IMG/VR virus record: IMGVR_UViG_3300036985_002114
Location: 1 to 32,941 of that record
Strand: one strand, 5' to 3'
DNA: 32,941 nt
DNA from: a virus
Taxonomy: Duplodnaviria > Caudoviricetes
The position numbers were made by a program, and so were the translations under genes. The notes beneath the pieces were generated by a model, which worked only from the letters and a program-made list of their open reading frames with translations, was not told the DNA's origin and made no database searches. Positions 1 through 8,217 of the stretch are shown piece by piece (within the stretch, counting starts at the first letter, position 1; each line of letters opens with the position of its first letter).

Positions 1-354
1 AAAAATTTATTGACGGACCCGGCGACAAATGGCGAATTGGACATCATGATGGCCGGCGGCGTTGGTCATGACGTCCGGATTGAAATGACGGTGACAAAAC
101 CGTTTTCCGCCATTCAGTCCAATGACATTTTGAATTTGGACCGCGTCAAAGCGAAGTTGCATCAATTAGGCGCGCGCCTGGTTGCCATCAACGACGACGT
201 CAACATGGAATTTTGGCAATTTGAAAACCGGATGTTCATTTTGCAAACCACCGGACGCGAATTCCAATTGTTTTGTTCAATGGAATTTCCAACCATGGAT
301 TCGGCCATTCGTCAAATCGAAAATATTTGTCGCACCCAAAAATTCATGGCATGA
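1..354 (+). CDS. 3' part of the hypothetical protein whose full copy is at 32392-32889
   Basis: Translation identical to the C-terminal part of 32392-32889; truncated by the window edge. Confidence 0.85.
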   Translation, partial: KNLLTDPATNGELDIMMAGGVGHDVRIEMTVTKPFSAIQSNDILNLDRVKAKLHQLGARLVAINDDVNMEFWQFENRMFILQTTGREFQLFCSMEFPTMDSAIRQIENICRTQKFMA

Positions 355-406
355 ACAACCAGGCAGAAAAAAACCGGGGCGACATGGCCCCGGTTCCAAA
401 CATTGT
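1..406. repeat. Left copy of a 406-bp terminal overlap (circular or permuted genome)
   Basis: Matches 32536-32941 except at 5 positions (78, 186, 201, 222, 279). Confidence 0.97.
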
Positions 407-683
407 TCACAACGAACAACAACAACAACGGGCCGAAAATACAACCGATTTGGTTTTGTTCGGCGCTTACTTTGATGTTTTAACGGAATTGGAATTGAAT
501 TTTTTGGTTTACCATTACAACCAATCATTGCCAATGGGTCGTTCAATATCCATTTTGGACATCAAACATTTTCCAATTAAGGAAATCACATCATTCATCA
601 AATCAATCAATGTCGGAATAATTGGCCAATCCGTTATTGATTGCATAACCGCAAAAATGGCCTACAAAAACTTTTTATCATGA
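351..683 (+). CDS. Hypothetical protein
   Basis: ATGA overlaps at both ends (351-354, 680-683); codon usage typical of this genome. Confidence 0.7.
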   Translation: MNNQAEKNRGDMAPVPNIVHNEQQQQRAENTTDLVLFGAYFDVLTELELNFLVYHYNQSLPMGRSISILDIKHFPIKEITSFIKSINVGIIGQSVIDCITAKMAYKNFLS

Positions 684-1183
684 ACACAATTCACGAAACC
701 AACACAAACAATTTTTTGTCGGAAATCAACGCCGAAGAAAATTTGAGCAAAACAAAGGTGGGAGAATTCGCCGCCAAATTAATCCAACTAAATACCGACG
801 GACACGTTGACACGTTGACCGCGTTGGCACGGTTGGAATTCCTTTCGCAAATCATTGACCAGGTCAAAAGCAACTACCGGACAACCGCCGTTGATGAATT
901 GGATTTGTACGGCCTGGAGGCCCGAACCGGTGTGGTTCGTTTTGGCGTGACGTTTAAACACAAAGAAACCGCCGTGAAATACGATTTCAGCCAAACGCCA
1001 ATGTGGTTGGGAATGGAGGCCGAAATTGAATCCATCAAAACCGCCCAAAAGGCATTGGAAACCCAATTGAAAGGATTGACCAAACCAATGTCCATTTTGG
1101 ATGAATCAACCGGTGAAATTAGTCAAATGAATCCGGCCATCAAAAGTTCAAAAACAACCGTGGAAATAACATTGCCAAAGTAA
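680..1183 (+). CDS. Phage protein of unknown function next to the recombinase gene
   Basis: ATG at 680 coupled to the previous stop; coiled-coil segment; KYDFS and LDESTGE motifs. Confidence 0.8.
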   Translation: MNTIHETNTNNFLSEINAEENLSKTKVGEFAAKLIQLNTDGHVDTLTALARLEFLSQIIDQVKSNYRTTAVDELDLYGLEARTGVVRFGVTFKHKETAVKYDFSQTPMWLGMEAEIESIKTAQKALETQLKGLTKPMSILDESTGEISQMNPAIKSSKTTVEITLPK

Positions 1184-1200
1184 CTTTTGCAATATATTTG
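1172..1200 (+). promoter_or_regulatory. Bacteroidota-type housekeeping promoter
   Basis: TTG at 1172-1174 and TATATTTG at 1193-1200 (TAnnTTTG -7 box), upstream of bet. Confidence 0.6.
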
Positions 1201-1226
1201 CGGAAATCAATAAACACAACAACATC

Positions 1227-2141
1227 ATGAATGCAGAAATCAACCGTTCAACCGGTCCACAATTTGTGGACGTTGACAAAATTAAGAAGTATTTGGAAAC
1301 CATGGGAATGGCCAACAATTTGACACGTTCCGAAGTTGAACAATTCGTTGAAATTGCCCAAGGGTTTGGACTTAATCCGTTCAAACGCGAAATCTACGCC
1401 AACAAATACGGCGACAAATTTTCGGTTATTGTCGGCTATGAAACGTATATCAAACGGGCGGAACGTTCGGGACTTTTGGCCGGATGGTCCGTTCAAACAA
1501 CCGGTTCCATCAATTACGAAAAACCCAAACAATCAACGTTGATGGCGACAATCACAATCCACCGAAAGGATTTTCAATTTCCATTTGTCCATGAAGTTTA
1601 TTTTTCGGAGTATTTCGGAACCAGGCGCGACGGAACATTGACCGATTTTTGGAAAAACAAGCCGGTGACGATGACAAAAAAAGTGGCCATTGCCCAAGGG
1701 TTCCGACTTTGTTTTTCGGATGAATTGGGGGGCATGCCATACACATCCGAAGAATTGGCGGACATTGAAAACACAACGCCAACAACAAAGCAACCGACGC
1801 CATCATTGCCCGTCATTAACATGGACGTATTGATTGCCCAAATTGAGGCCGCGAAATCGAAATCCGATTTGATTAGTATTTGGACCGCAAATGTGGAACA
1901 TCATGGAAATCCATTGTTCAAACATTCCATGACATCCCGAAAACAAATATTGGAGGCGCTCACAACGAGCGCCCCAATTTCGTCCACCGAATCATTGATT
2001 GACGAAATCATGTCCGCAGAATCCACCGACGAAGTTTTGGAATTGACCGTGGACCAAACGGACCCCGAAATCATGGACGCCGCCATGACCAGGTTGGAAC
2101 AAATCAACGGCGCCGTTCAACAAGATTTATTTGAAAAATGA
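1227..2141 (+). CDS. bet: Single-strand annealing recombinase, Bet/RecT family
   Basis: GLNPFKREIY, GYETYIKRAER and MTKKVAIAQGFRLCFSDELGGMPYTSEE match Red-beta family motifs. Confidence 0.88.
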   Translation: MNAEINRSTGPQFVDVDKIKKYLETMGMANNLTRSEVEQFVEIAQGFGLNPFKREIYANKYGDKFSVIVGYETYIKRAERSGLLAGWSVQTTGSINYEKPKQSTLMATITIHRKDFQFPFVHEVYFSEYFGTRRDGTLTDFWKNKPVTMTKKVAIAQGFRLCFSDELGGMPYTSEELADIENTTPTTKQPTPSLPVINMDVLIAQIEAAKSKSDLISIWTANVEHHGNPLFKHSMTSRKQILEALTTSAPISSTESLIDEIMSAESTDEVLELTVDQTDPEIMDAAMTRLEQINGAVQQDLFEK

Positions 2142-2227
2142 TGACATTCGCAATTGTAATGGTCATAATTGGATTAATTGGGACCATTGACGCCATTCGT
2201 CAACGATTTAAAAACAAAACAAAATGA
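2138..2227 (+). CDS. 29-aa single-pass membrane peptide (not in ORF track)
   Basis: MMTFAIVMVIIGLIGTIDAIRQRFKNKTK; ATGA overlaps with both neighbours and fills the gap exactly. Confidence 0.65.
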   Translation: MMTFAIVMVIIGLIGTIDAIRQRFKNKTK

Positions 2228-2634
2228 AAACAAAAAAAACAACAACCGGTTTGATTGACCCAATCGACATTCAAAACGGAATCAAACGAAAATTTGGAAC
2301 GATTAGAAATTTTTGCGAATCGTCCGGGGTGAAATACCATGTAATAACAAACGCCATGACCGGGCGTTTGCCGGGACAACGTTCACAAAGGGTTTTGGAG
2401 TTGGCCAAACAACAAATTGCCGAATTTGAATTGTTGCCATGTGTTTGGTGTATTGACCAGGACCAACGCGAATTTGTGAAAAAAGGTGTGAAAAACAAGT
2501 TTGGAACATTGCAAAACTTTTGCAAAAAACACCCGGAATTCACGTTGACTTTTGTCCACAACGTCATTGTCGGCAAACGCAAACGTGTTGATGACCGCGT
2601 GTTGGCATTAATTGACGCAATAAACACAAACTAA
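2224..2634 (+). CDS. Putative DNA-binding protein with two tandem HTH-like repeats
   Basis: Internal repeat IKRKFGTIRNFC...NAMTGR / VKNKFGTLQNFC...NVIVGKRKR; basic; lies just before the replication initiator. Confidence 0.6.
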   Translation: MKTKKTTTGLIDPIDIQNGIKRKFGTIRNFCESSGVKYHVITNAMTGRLPGQRSQRVLELAKQQIAEFELLPCVWCIDQDQREFVKKGVKNKFGTLQNFCKKHPEFTLTFVHNVIVGKRKRVDDRVLALIDAINTN

Positions 2635-2636
2635 TC

Positions 2637-3422
2637 ATGAAGAAATCAAACGGACGTGAACGCGCGCCATCGTTCCAATTTTACCCTGGGGATTGGTTGA
2701 CCGACCCCAAGTTGAATTTGTGTTCAACGGTCACAAAAGGCGTTTGGATTGATTTGATTTGTCACATGTTTTTGAGTGACGAACCCGGTGTTTTGATTTT
2801 TGGCGACATCATTTTGGACGCAAAAGGAATCCAAAAATTGTCCAAAATCAATCCAAAAGTGTTCCAAAAAACGTTCCATGAACTAACTACTTTTGGAATC
2901 ATTTCGAAGGACGAAAATGGGCGTTATTTTTCCAAACGAATGGTCAACGATGAACGCGCCCGTCAACAATGGCGCGACATTGGGAAATTGGGAGGGAATC
3001 CGAAATTGAATAAAAAGGTTAACCCAACCGTTAACCCAACCGTTAACCCCGAGGTTAACCCATTTCCAACCCCTTCATCTTCATCTTCATCTTCATCTTC
3101 AAATAAACACATTAACATGTGTTTGTGTAGTCACCCTTTGAACATCGAAATTCAAAAAAATTTTCCATCCGTCGCCAAAATGAAATCCCCGTTGACTGAT
3201 GACCAGGCGGAAAAACTTTTGGCGGAACATCCGGTGGCGGAAATCAACACAATTTTGGAGGCCATGGAAAACGTTCCGACATTGGCCACCAAATACAAAT
3301 CAACTTTTTTAACAATCAAAAATTGGATTAAACATCGAAAATCAAATGACAACAACAAAAATTCAAACAACAACACCCGAAATTCGAAACCCAATTTCGA
3401 CGATGCAATTTCGAAGTTTTAA
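2637..3422 (+). CDS. Phage replication initiator / replisome organiser (functional analogue of lambda O)
   Basis: N-terminal PSFQFYPGDWLTD motif; central low-complexity linker carrying DNA repeats; C-terminal helical domain ending TIKNWIK. Confidence 0.75.
   Translation: MKKSNGRERAPSFQFYPGDWLTDPKLNLCSTVTKGVWIDLICHMFLSDEPGVLIFGDIILDAKGIQKLSKINPKVFQKTFHELTTFGIISKDENGRYFSKRMVNDERARQQWRDIGKLGGNPKLNKKVNPTVNPTVNPEVNPFPTPSSSSSSSSSNKHINMCLCSHPLNIEIQKNFPSVAKMKSPLTDDQAEKLLAEHPVAEINTILEAMENVPTLATKYKSTFLTIKNWIKHRKSNDNNKNSNNNTRNSKPNFDDAISKF
3018..3101. repeat. Iteron-like repeats inside the initiator gene (putative origin)
   Basis: GTTAACCC four times at exact 12-bp spacing (3018, 3030, 3042, 3054), then about 5 copies of CTTCAT at 3073-3101. 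Confidence 0.75.
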
Positions 3423-4233
3423 CGGACGCGAGATTGTCGAAGCCTCAAGAGATACCCAAATTCGCAATTTAACGGACCATGAATCGATTAAAATGTCTTT
3501 AAGGTACATTTTCACGTTGGTTGGTCTTAAAAGCGAAAATTTGCCCTCTGAATTGCAAAAAATGGTTTTGATTGAATTCATCGAATCGGAATTCAATTGG
3601 ATGACCCCGGATGAAATGAAATTGGCCTTTCGAATGGCAGTCGCCGGGAAATTGGATGTCGAAATCAATCATTTTCAAAATTTTTCACCCGTTTATTTTT
3701 CAACCATAGTGAACGCATTCAAAGAAAAAAGAGGCGCCGCGTTAACCGAATACAATTCAAAAATGTTGGACATGACAACCAAACCAAACCCATCCGATGA
3801 CGACAAAAAAATGATGTTTTGGGGATTCGTGGATGAATGCGTTTTGAAACGTTGGGACCAATTCAACGCCGGAAAACCAATCAATTGGCAATCCGTCGCC
3901 GGAATCGAACATGTTTTTCGCACAATGGAACAATTGGGTTTCGTCCTGGAATCAAACGACAAAACAAAAATTGTTGAATTGGCCAAAAAACAAATTGCCA
4001 CCGAAATTGAAAACGAAAAACCCGAAACCCGTGAACGCGCCAAAGCCGTCCGGACATTGCGCGAAGCATTGGAGGCCGGGGAATTGGCATTCAAACAAAA
4101 CCAAAGTTTGGCAGACATGACCCGTCGTCGTTGCTACGAATTGACAATTGAACATTTTTTCCAAACATTCCGCAGTCAAAACACGGATTTTCGCGCCATC
4201 ATTGAACAAATTAAACAAACCCAATACGAATGA
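3346..4233 (+). CDS. Replication accessory protein (helicase-loader position); start may be 3403
   Basis: Overlaps the 3' end of the initiator as in O/P-type pairs; helical protein with no Walker A motif. Function inferred from position only. Confidence 0.55.
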   Translation: MTTTKIQTTTPEIRNPISTMQFRSFNGREIVEASRDTQIRNLTDHESIKMSLRYIFTLVGLKSENLPSELQKMVLIEFIESEFNWMTPDEMKLAFRMAVAGKLDVEINHFQNFSPVYFSTIVNAFKEKRGAALTEYNSKMLDMTTKPNPSDDDKKMMFWGFVDECVLKRWDQFNAGKPINWQSVAGIEHVFRTMEQLGFVLESNDKTKIVELAKKQIATEIENEKPETRERAKAVRTLREALEAGELAFKQNQSLADMTRRRCYELTIEHFFQTFRSQNTDFRAIIEQIKQTQYE

Positions 4234-4448
4234 CAAAACCCATCAACCCCGGAAACGCCATTTTGTTTTTGCTTAAACGCGAATACATCCGCGAATGTCA
4301 AATTGAATCCATGGCCAATGACCAGGGCGAAACAATCGAACGGGCCGTCCATCCAAATGGTTGGTCATTCGAACAATGGTTGACCGAAAACAAAATGATT
4401 GTTCAACCAAACATAATTCAAACCCCAAAAATCGAAATAATCAAATGA
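4230..4448 (+). CDS. Hypothetical protein
   Basis: ATGA-coupled on both sides. Confidence 0.7.
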   Translation: MTKPINPGNAILFLLKREYIRECQIESMANDQGETIERAVHPNGWSFEQWLTENKMIVQPNIIQTPKIEIIK

Positions 4449-4843
4449 ACAAAATTTTTCTAATTGGCCATGTTGGCCAGGAACCAAAGCGAACCACAAC
4501 CGGAACCGGAGTGAATTATTCGTTGGCAGTAAAAGAGCGAACAAAAACAAACGGCGAATGGACCGACAAAACCATGTGGACCGACATTGTCCATTGGGGA
4601 TTGAACGCGGATTTTGCCGAAAAATGGATTCACAAAGGAACCAAAATCATGATTGAAGGGCGTTTGAACATAACGGAAAAAACCGACAATGAAGGACGCA
4701 AAAAACAATTTGTCAATGTAGTGGCCGAGCATGTGGAATTGTTGTCAAAATCGGACGCCGCAGAATCAAAACAAGCCACAAACCAATCAACCAATCCAAT
4801 AAACGCCGCCGTCAACGAGGGCGCCGACGATTTGCCGTTTTAA
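4445..4843 (+). CDS. ssb: Single-stranded DNA-binding protein
   Basis: MNKIFLIGHVGQEP start, KGTKIMIEGRL, acidic tail DDLPF. Confidence 0.95.
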   Translation: MNKIFLIGHVGQEPKRTTTGTGVNYSLAVKERTKTNGEWTDKTMWTDIVHWGLNADFAEKWIHKGTKIMIEGRLNITEKTDNEGRKKQFVNVVAEHVELLSKSDAAESKQATNQSTNPINAAVNEGADDLPF

Positions 4844-4924
4844 AAACTAAATGTTGAAAACAATCCAAAAAACCCAACGTCCATTCCGGGACGTTGGTTC
4901 ATATTTGCTCAAAACAACAACACA

Positions 4925-5395
4925 ATGAACAACGAAAAAAAACACCAATGGCGAATCGAAATCGAACAACATTTGCCATCCTTTAGGATTGACGAACGTT
5001 TCGAAAATCGGATTGTCGCAGAAAACCACCAACCCCGTTTTGTTTCAATGACGTTGGAATTGACCGCCGCAGAATTGGAACAATTGATGGCGACATTTGT
5101 GACCGGATACGATTTCCGATTGATTTCAGTCACAAACATTTCCGAAATTTTGGTGTTAATCCAAAAAATAGGCAATGACGTTTTGAAATTGCAACTTTTG
5201 GATGGCAGTCGCCGCGAATTGTGGACTACCATGGAATCATTTGGAGCCGTATTGAAATCCGACAACGACGTTCGCCGGATGGCGGCAAACTTTGAACGCG
5301 GCGAAACATTCCGGGCATGGATTGACCAATCCGATTGGAATGAACTTTTGGCCCATGAGGCAAATGACCGTTTGAAATATACATTTGCGGAATGA
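4925..5395 (+). CDS. Hypothetical protein
   Basis: 156-aa ORF with A/C-rich leader; ATGA-coupled to the next gene. Confidence 0.75.
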   Translation: MNNEKKHQWRIEIEQHLPSFRIDERFENRIVAENHQPRFVSMTLELTAAELEQLMATFVTGYDFRLISVTNISEILVLIQKIGNDVLKLQLLDGSRRELWTTMESFGAVLKSDNDVRRMAANFERGETFRAWIDQSDWNELLAHEANDRLKYTFAE

Positions 5396-5601
5396 CCGAA
5401 GAAAACCGACGACCCGTCAAAACCATTTTTGAACGATTCCAATTCCACAACGATTTCCCCAAATGGATGGCAGAAAACAAAACCCGATTAATTGAATCCG
5501 AAGAAAAAATGTTGGCAGAATTTGCCAAATTTGTGACCGATTCCGATATGAACATCGACAAAACCGTGAAAACATTTTTGAACCATTATGAAAACCATTG
5601 A
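5392..5601 (+). CDS. Hypothetical protein
   Basis: Coupled small ORF with typical codon usage. Confidence 0.7.
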   Translation: MTEENRRPVKTIFERFQFHNDFPKWMAENKTRLIESEEKMLAEFAKFVTDSDMNIDKTVKTFLNHYENH

Positions 5602-5836
5602 AAAAATAGCCATGTTATGGACCGCGCCAATTTTCTTCGCGTTGACCATTGCCATTGGCGCCATTGCGTCCGTCTTTTTTTTGATTCGAATTGTTTTGGT
5701 GTATTCCGGAACCGCCGGAGCCGCGTTCGTTTTAATTTCCGGAGTGAAAAAACAATTCAACTTGAAAAAATGGGAATCCCTACAAAAAAGGGACGCCATG
5801 ATGGCCGCCATTGACCGACGTGTGAAAATGAACTAA
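5588..5836 (+). CDS. Small membrane protein
   Basis: About 40-aa hydrophobic stretch followed by a basic tail. Confidence 0.65.
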   Translation: MKTIEKIAMLWTAPIFFALTIAIGAIASVFFLIRIVLVYSGTAGAAFVLISGVKKQFNLKKWESLQKRDAMMAAIDRRVKMN

Positions 5837-5855
5837 TCAAACAAAAAACAACAAC

Positions 5856-6245
5856 ATGATAAAAAACTTTGAAGAATTCACAATTGAATTGACCCCAACC
5901 GAACACCGGTTGATTCCAATGATGGTAGACCGGTTCAAAACCAAACGCGGAATCAAAACCGTCGTCACCGCCGAAACCATGATTGGCAAAATACACGAAT
6001 CGTTTGGTGTTAAACTAAAAGACACCCGTGTTCGAAAAATCATTCAATACATCCGGGTGAACAATTTGGTTCCTGGATTGATTGCAACGTCAAAGGGTTA
6101 CTACACCGCAGAAACAACCGCCGAAATCAATGATTGGATTGAATCATTGAAGGCCCGCGAATCCGCCATCCGTCAAATCCGCGAAGTGGCCGAAAATCAT
6201 GTTCATTTGATGGAAAATAAAAATCAACAACAAATGTTTGTTTGA
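5856..6245 (+). CDS. Putative winged-helix DNA-binding protein
   Basis: DTRVRKIIQYIR...IATSKGYYTA pattern of small phage wHTH proteins. Confidence 0.6.
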   Translation: MIKNFEEFTIELTPTEHRLIPMMVDRFKTKRGIKTVVTAETMIGKIHESFGVKLKDTRVRKIIQYIRVNNLVPGLIATSKGYYTAETTAEINDWIESLKARESAIRQIREVAENHVHLMENKNQQQMFV

Positions 6246-6248
6246 TTT

Positions 6249-6479
6249 ATGCGATATTTAATTTTGAGCAGTGGACGAATAATCAAACACATGGAACACA
6301 TCGACATTCAAACATTTTGGAAATTAAAACCAGGTGACAGGGTTGTCACATATATTGGCGCGGCCACCGTGTTAACCGGGCCGACGATTGGAAACAACAT
6401 CGTCCAATTGATTCATGACAAAAAAGACGACCCAAACGCGTTGTTTTACAATTACGAAATCAAATCCGTCATCAAATGA
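6249..6479 (+). CDS. Hypothetical protein (alternative start 6291)
   Basis: ORF within a run of small coupled genes. Confidence 0.6.
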   Translation: MRYLILSSGRIIKHMEHIDIQTFWKLKPGDRVVTYIGAATVLTGPTIGNNIVQLIHDKKDDPNALFYNYEIKSVIK

Positions 6480-6607
6480 ACATCGAACAATTAAAACAAC
6501 ACATTCAAACCGGCCCACAACATTATTTCCACCGTGACCAGGTCATCGAATTATTGGACAAATTGGAGCCGCCGAAAAAACAACAAAACGTTTTGACCCT
6601 ATTTTGA
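6476..6607 (+). CDS. 43-aa hypothetical protein (not in ORF track)
   Basis: MNIEQLKQHIQTGPQHYFHRDQVIELLDKLEPPKKQQNVLTLF; ATGA overlap upstream; stops 3 bp before the next ATG. Confidence 0.65.
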   Translation: MNIEQLKQHIQTGPQHYFHRDQVIELLDKLEPPKKQQNVLTLF

Positions 6608-6610
6608 AGC

Positions 6611-6808
6611 ATGACAAAACACGAACGAATTGAACAAATTGAAGACATTCACCGCCGCGCAATTGACGCGTTGGTGGATGACGCCGGAACCGACATTGAC
6701 ATTTTTATTCTACGCGTTGACGCCCTGGATGAATTAAAAAAGGGAGCTAACGCAATGATTGAAATGATGTATTGGTTCGACAATGACCAAAAAAAGGACT
6801 ATTTTTGA
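6611..6808 (+). CDS. Hypothetical protein
   Basis: Acidic helical 65-aa ORF in the operon. Confidence 0.65.
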   Translation: MTKHERIEQIEDIHRRAIDALVDDAGTDIDIFILRVDALDELKKGANAMIEMMYWFDNDQKKDYF

Positions 6809-6810
6809 AA

Positions 6811-7071
6811 ATGAACCGACAATTTCGCCGCGCCGCCGGACGTGAACAATCCAAAATACAAAAGGAATTTTGGACCGTCGTCAATAAATTCAACCAATAC
6901 GTTGACACTATTCCCGATGGCGCCGAAAATGAATCGTATTTGATTAAACGGTTCAACAATATATGGTTTCAATTTTGTGACCATTGGGAAAAAACCCCAC
7001 ACGTCATGAAGCCGGACCGCCAGGCGTTCACAAAATATGTAACCGGACAAATGGAAATTGCCGTGGATTAA
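6811..7071 (+). CDS. Hypothetical protein
   Basis: MNRQFRR start 2 bp after the previous stop. Confidence 0.65.
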   Translation: MNRQFRRAAGREQSKIQKEFWTVVNKFNQYVDTIPDGAENESYLIKRFNNIWFQFCDHWEKTPHVMKPDRQAFTKYVTGQMEIAVD

Positions 7072-7130
7072 ACATCAAACGTCGCCAACAACAACAATTG
7101 GGGTGAACCAACACCCAAAAATTGGCGAAC

Positions 7131-7685
7131 ATGAAGAAAACAAAAAGTGGTTCGCCATCGTACCAAAAACCGATGGCAAAGAAAACACCGACACCGCGCA
7201 AACCGAGCGCCGCAGAAAGGACAATTGAAGAACGTCGCCAATTGGTTGATGTCATTTGTTCTTTGTACGAATCCGACAACGTGACAATCGAATCATGTTG
7301 TTTGGACAATGGCATAACCGACCGCACATTCAAAAATTGGGTGGACAATGATGCGGAAATTGCGGCCCGTTACAAAAACGCCAAACAAAAACATTCCAAA
7401 AACCGAAAGGAGGGAATCAAAACAAAAGCCGTTGACGCGTTGGAACGGTTGGTTGTCGGATATTGGGTTGAAGAAACCGAAACGACCGAATTGTTTGGAA
7501 AAAACAACGACATGGCCGGTCGCCAAATCAAAACGAAAAAACGCTACATTGGACCCAATCCGACCGCCGTCATTTTTACTTTGAAAAACGCCGACCCCGA
7601 AAATTGGAACGAAAACATTCAAGTGGAAATGACCGGTGAACCGCAGACATTCAAAATTGGAAATCAAACAATTGCGTTTTCATGA
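7131..7685 (+). CDS. terS: Terminase small subunit (putative)
   Basis: HTH-like GITDRTFKNWV; ALERLVVGY..EE and PNPTAVIFTLKN..PENW motifs; upstream of terL. Confidence 0.7.
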   Translation: MKKTKSGSPSYQKPMAKKTPTPRKPSAAERTIEERRQLVDVICSLYESDNVTIESCCLDNGITDRTFKNWVDNDAEIAARYKNAKQKHSKNRKEGIKTKAVDALERLVVGYWVEETETTELFGKNNDMAGRQIKTKKRYIGPNPTAVIFTLKNADPENWNENIQVEMTGEPQTFKIGNQTIAFS

Positions 7686-7963
7686 GCGAAAAAACACCAA
7701 TCAAACCATTCGCAATTCAATTGAGTGAACCGGAAATCCAAATGGTCATTCAAAACATCATTGACGATTTGGGCGACGTCCCATCCGCCGCCCGTTGGGT
7801 TCGTCACAAATTGCATTGGGTGAATTCCGAAATTTTGATAAACGGTTGGACGGTGGAAATGGTCCAAAGCCGTGACGAATGGGCCATAATTGACCGATAT
7901 TTCGAACGCCATTTGCAAACCATAATCCGGGCGCAAATGACACCAAACAAATTCAACCCATGA
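7682..7963 (+). CDS. Hypothetical protein
   Basis: ATGA-coupled on both sides, between terS and terL. Confidence 0.65.
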   Translation: MSEKTPIKPFAIQLSEPEIQMVIQNIIDDLGDVPSAARWVRHKLHWVNSEILINGWTVEMVQSRDEWAIIDRYFERHLQTIIRAQMTPNKFNP

Positions 7964-8217
7964 TTCGATTCGTTTCTCCATTCGTTTTTTCCAATGGATT
8001 TTTCCAAATCAACGACCCTATTGATTATGAATCCATAGGAATTGAACGCCCAACCGAATCCGGAATTCCGGTCCGATTCCGAATTGACGCCGTCATGGGT
8101 TGGAATGAAGATGAACCAGGAACAACGTATGTTCGATTAATGACCGGGCAAAATTTCCATTTGGACATTGCCATTGACGTCTTTGATGAATTCATGGTCG
8201 CCAATGGTTGTATTTGA
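7960..8217 (+). CDS. Hypothetical protein
   Basis: Coupled ORF overlapping the terL start. Confidence 0.65.
   Translation: MIRFVSPFVFSNGFFQINDPIDYESIGIERPTESGIPVRFRIDAVMGWNEDEPGTTYVRLMTGQNFHLDIAIDVFDEFMVANGCI

Noticed and set aside
1-406. Diverged repeat pair as the template/variable repeats of a diversity-generating retroelement
   Set aside because: The differences are silent and not adenine-specific, and no reverse transcriptase is present.
410-429. CAA microsatellite as a phase-variation tract
   Set aside because: It is a short in-frame triplet repeat (poly-Gln); length changes would not shift the frame, and CAA-rich tracts are common in this genome.
3018-3101. CRISPR-like array
   Set aside because: The period is 12 or 6 bp with no unique spacers, and the repeats are in frame within a gene.
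1-7071. Lysogeny module or plasmid-prophage partition system
   Set aside because: No tyrosine or serine integrase motif, divergent repressor or ParA Walker motif was recognised, so lifestyle cannot be assigned firmly.
8168-8203. Upstream-extended starts in the ORF track (also 273, 641, 4361, 15496, 28091, 30074, 32040)
   Set aside because: Downstream ATGs with ATGA coupling or A-rich leaders fit better; the extensions overlap other genes or promoter boxes.
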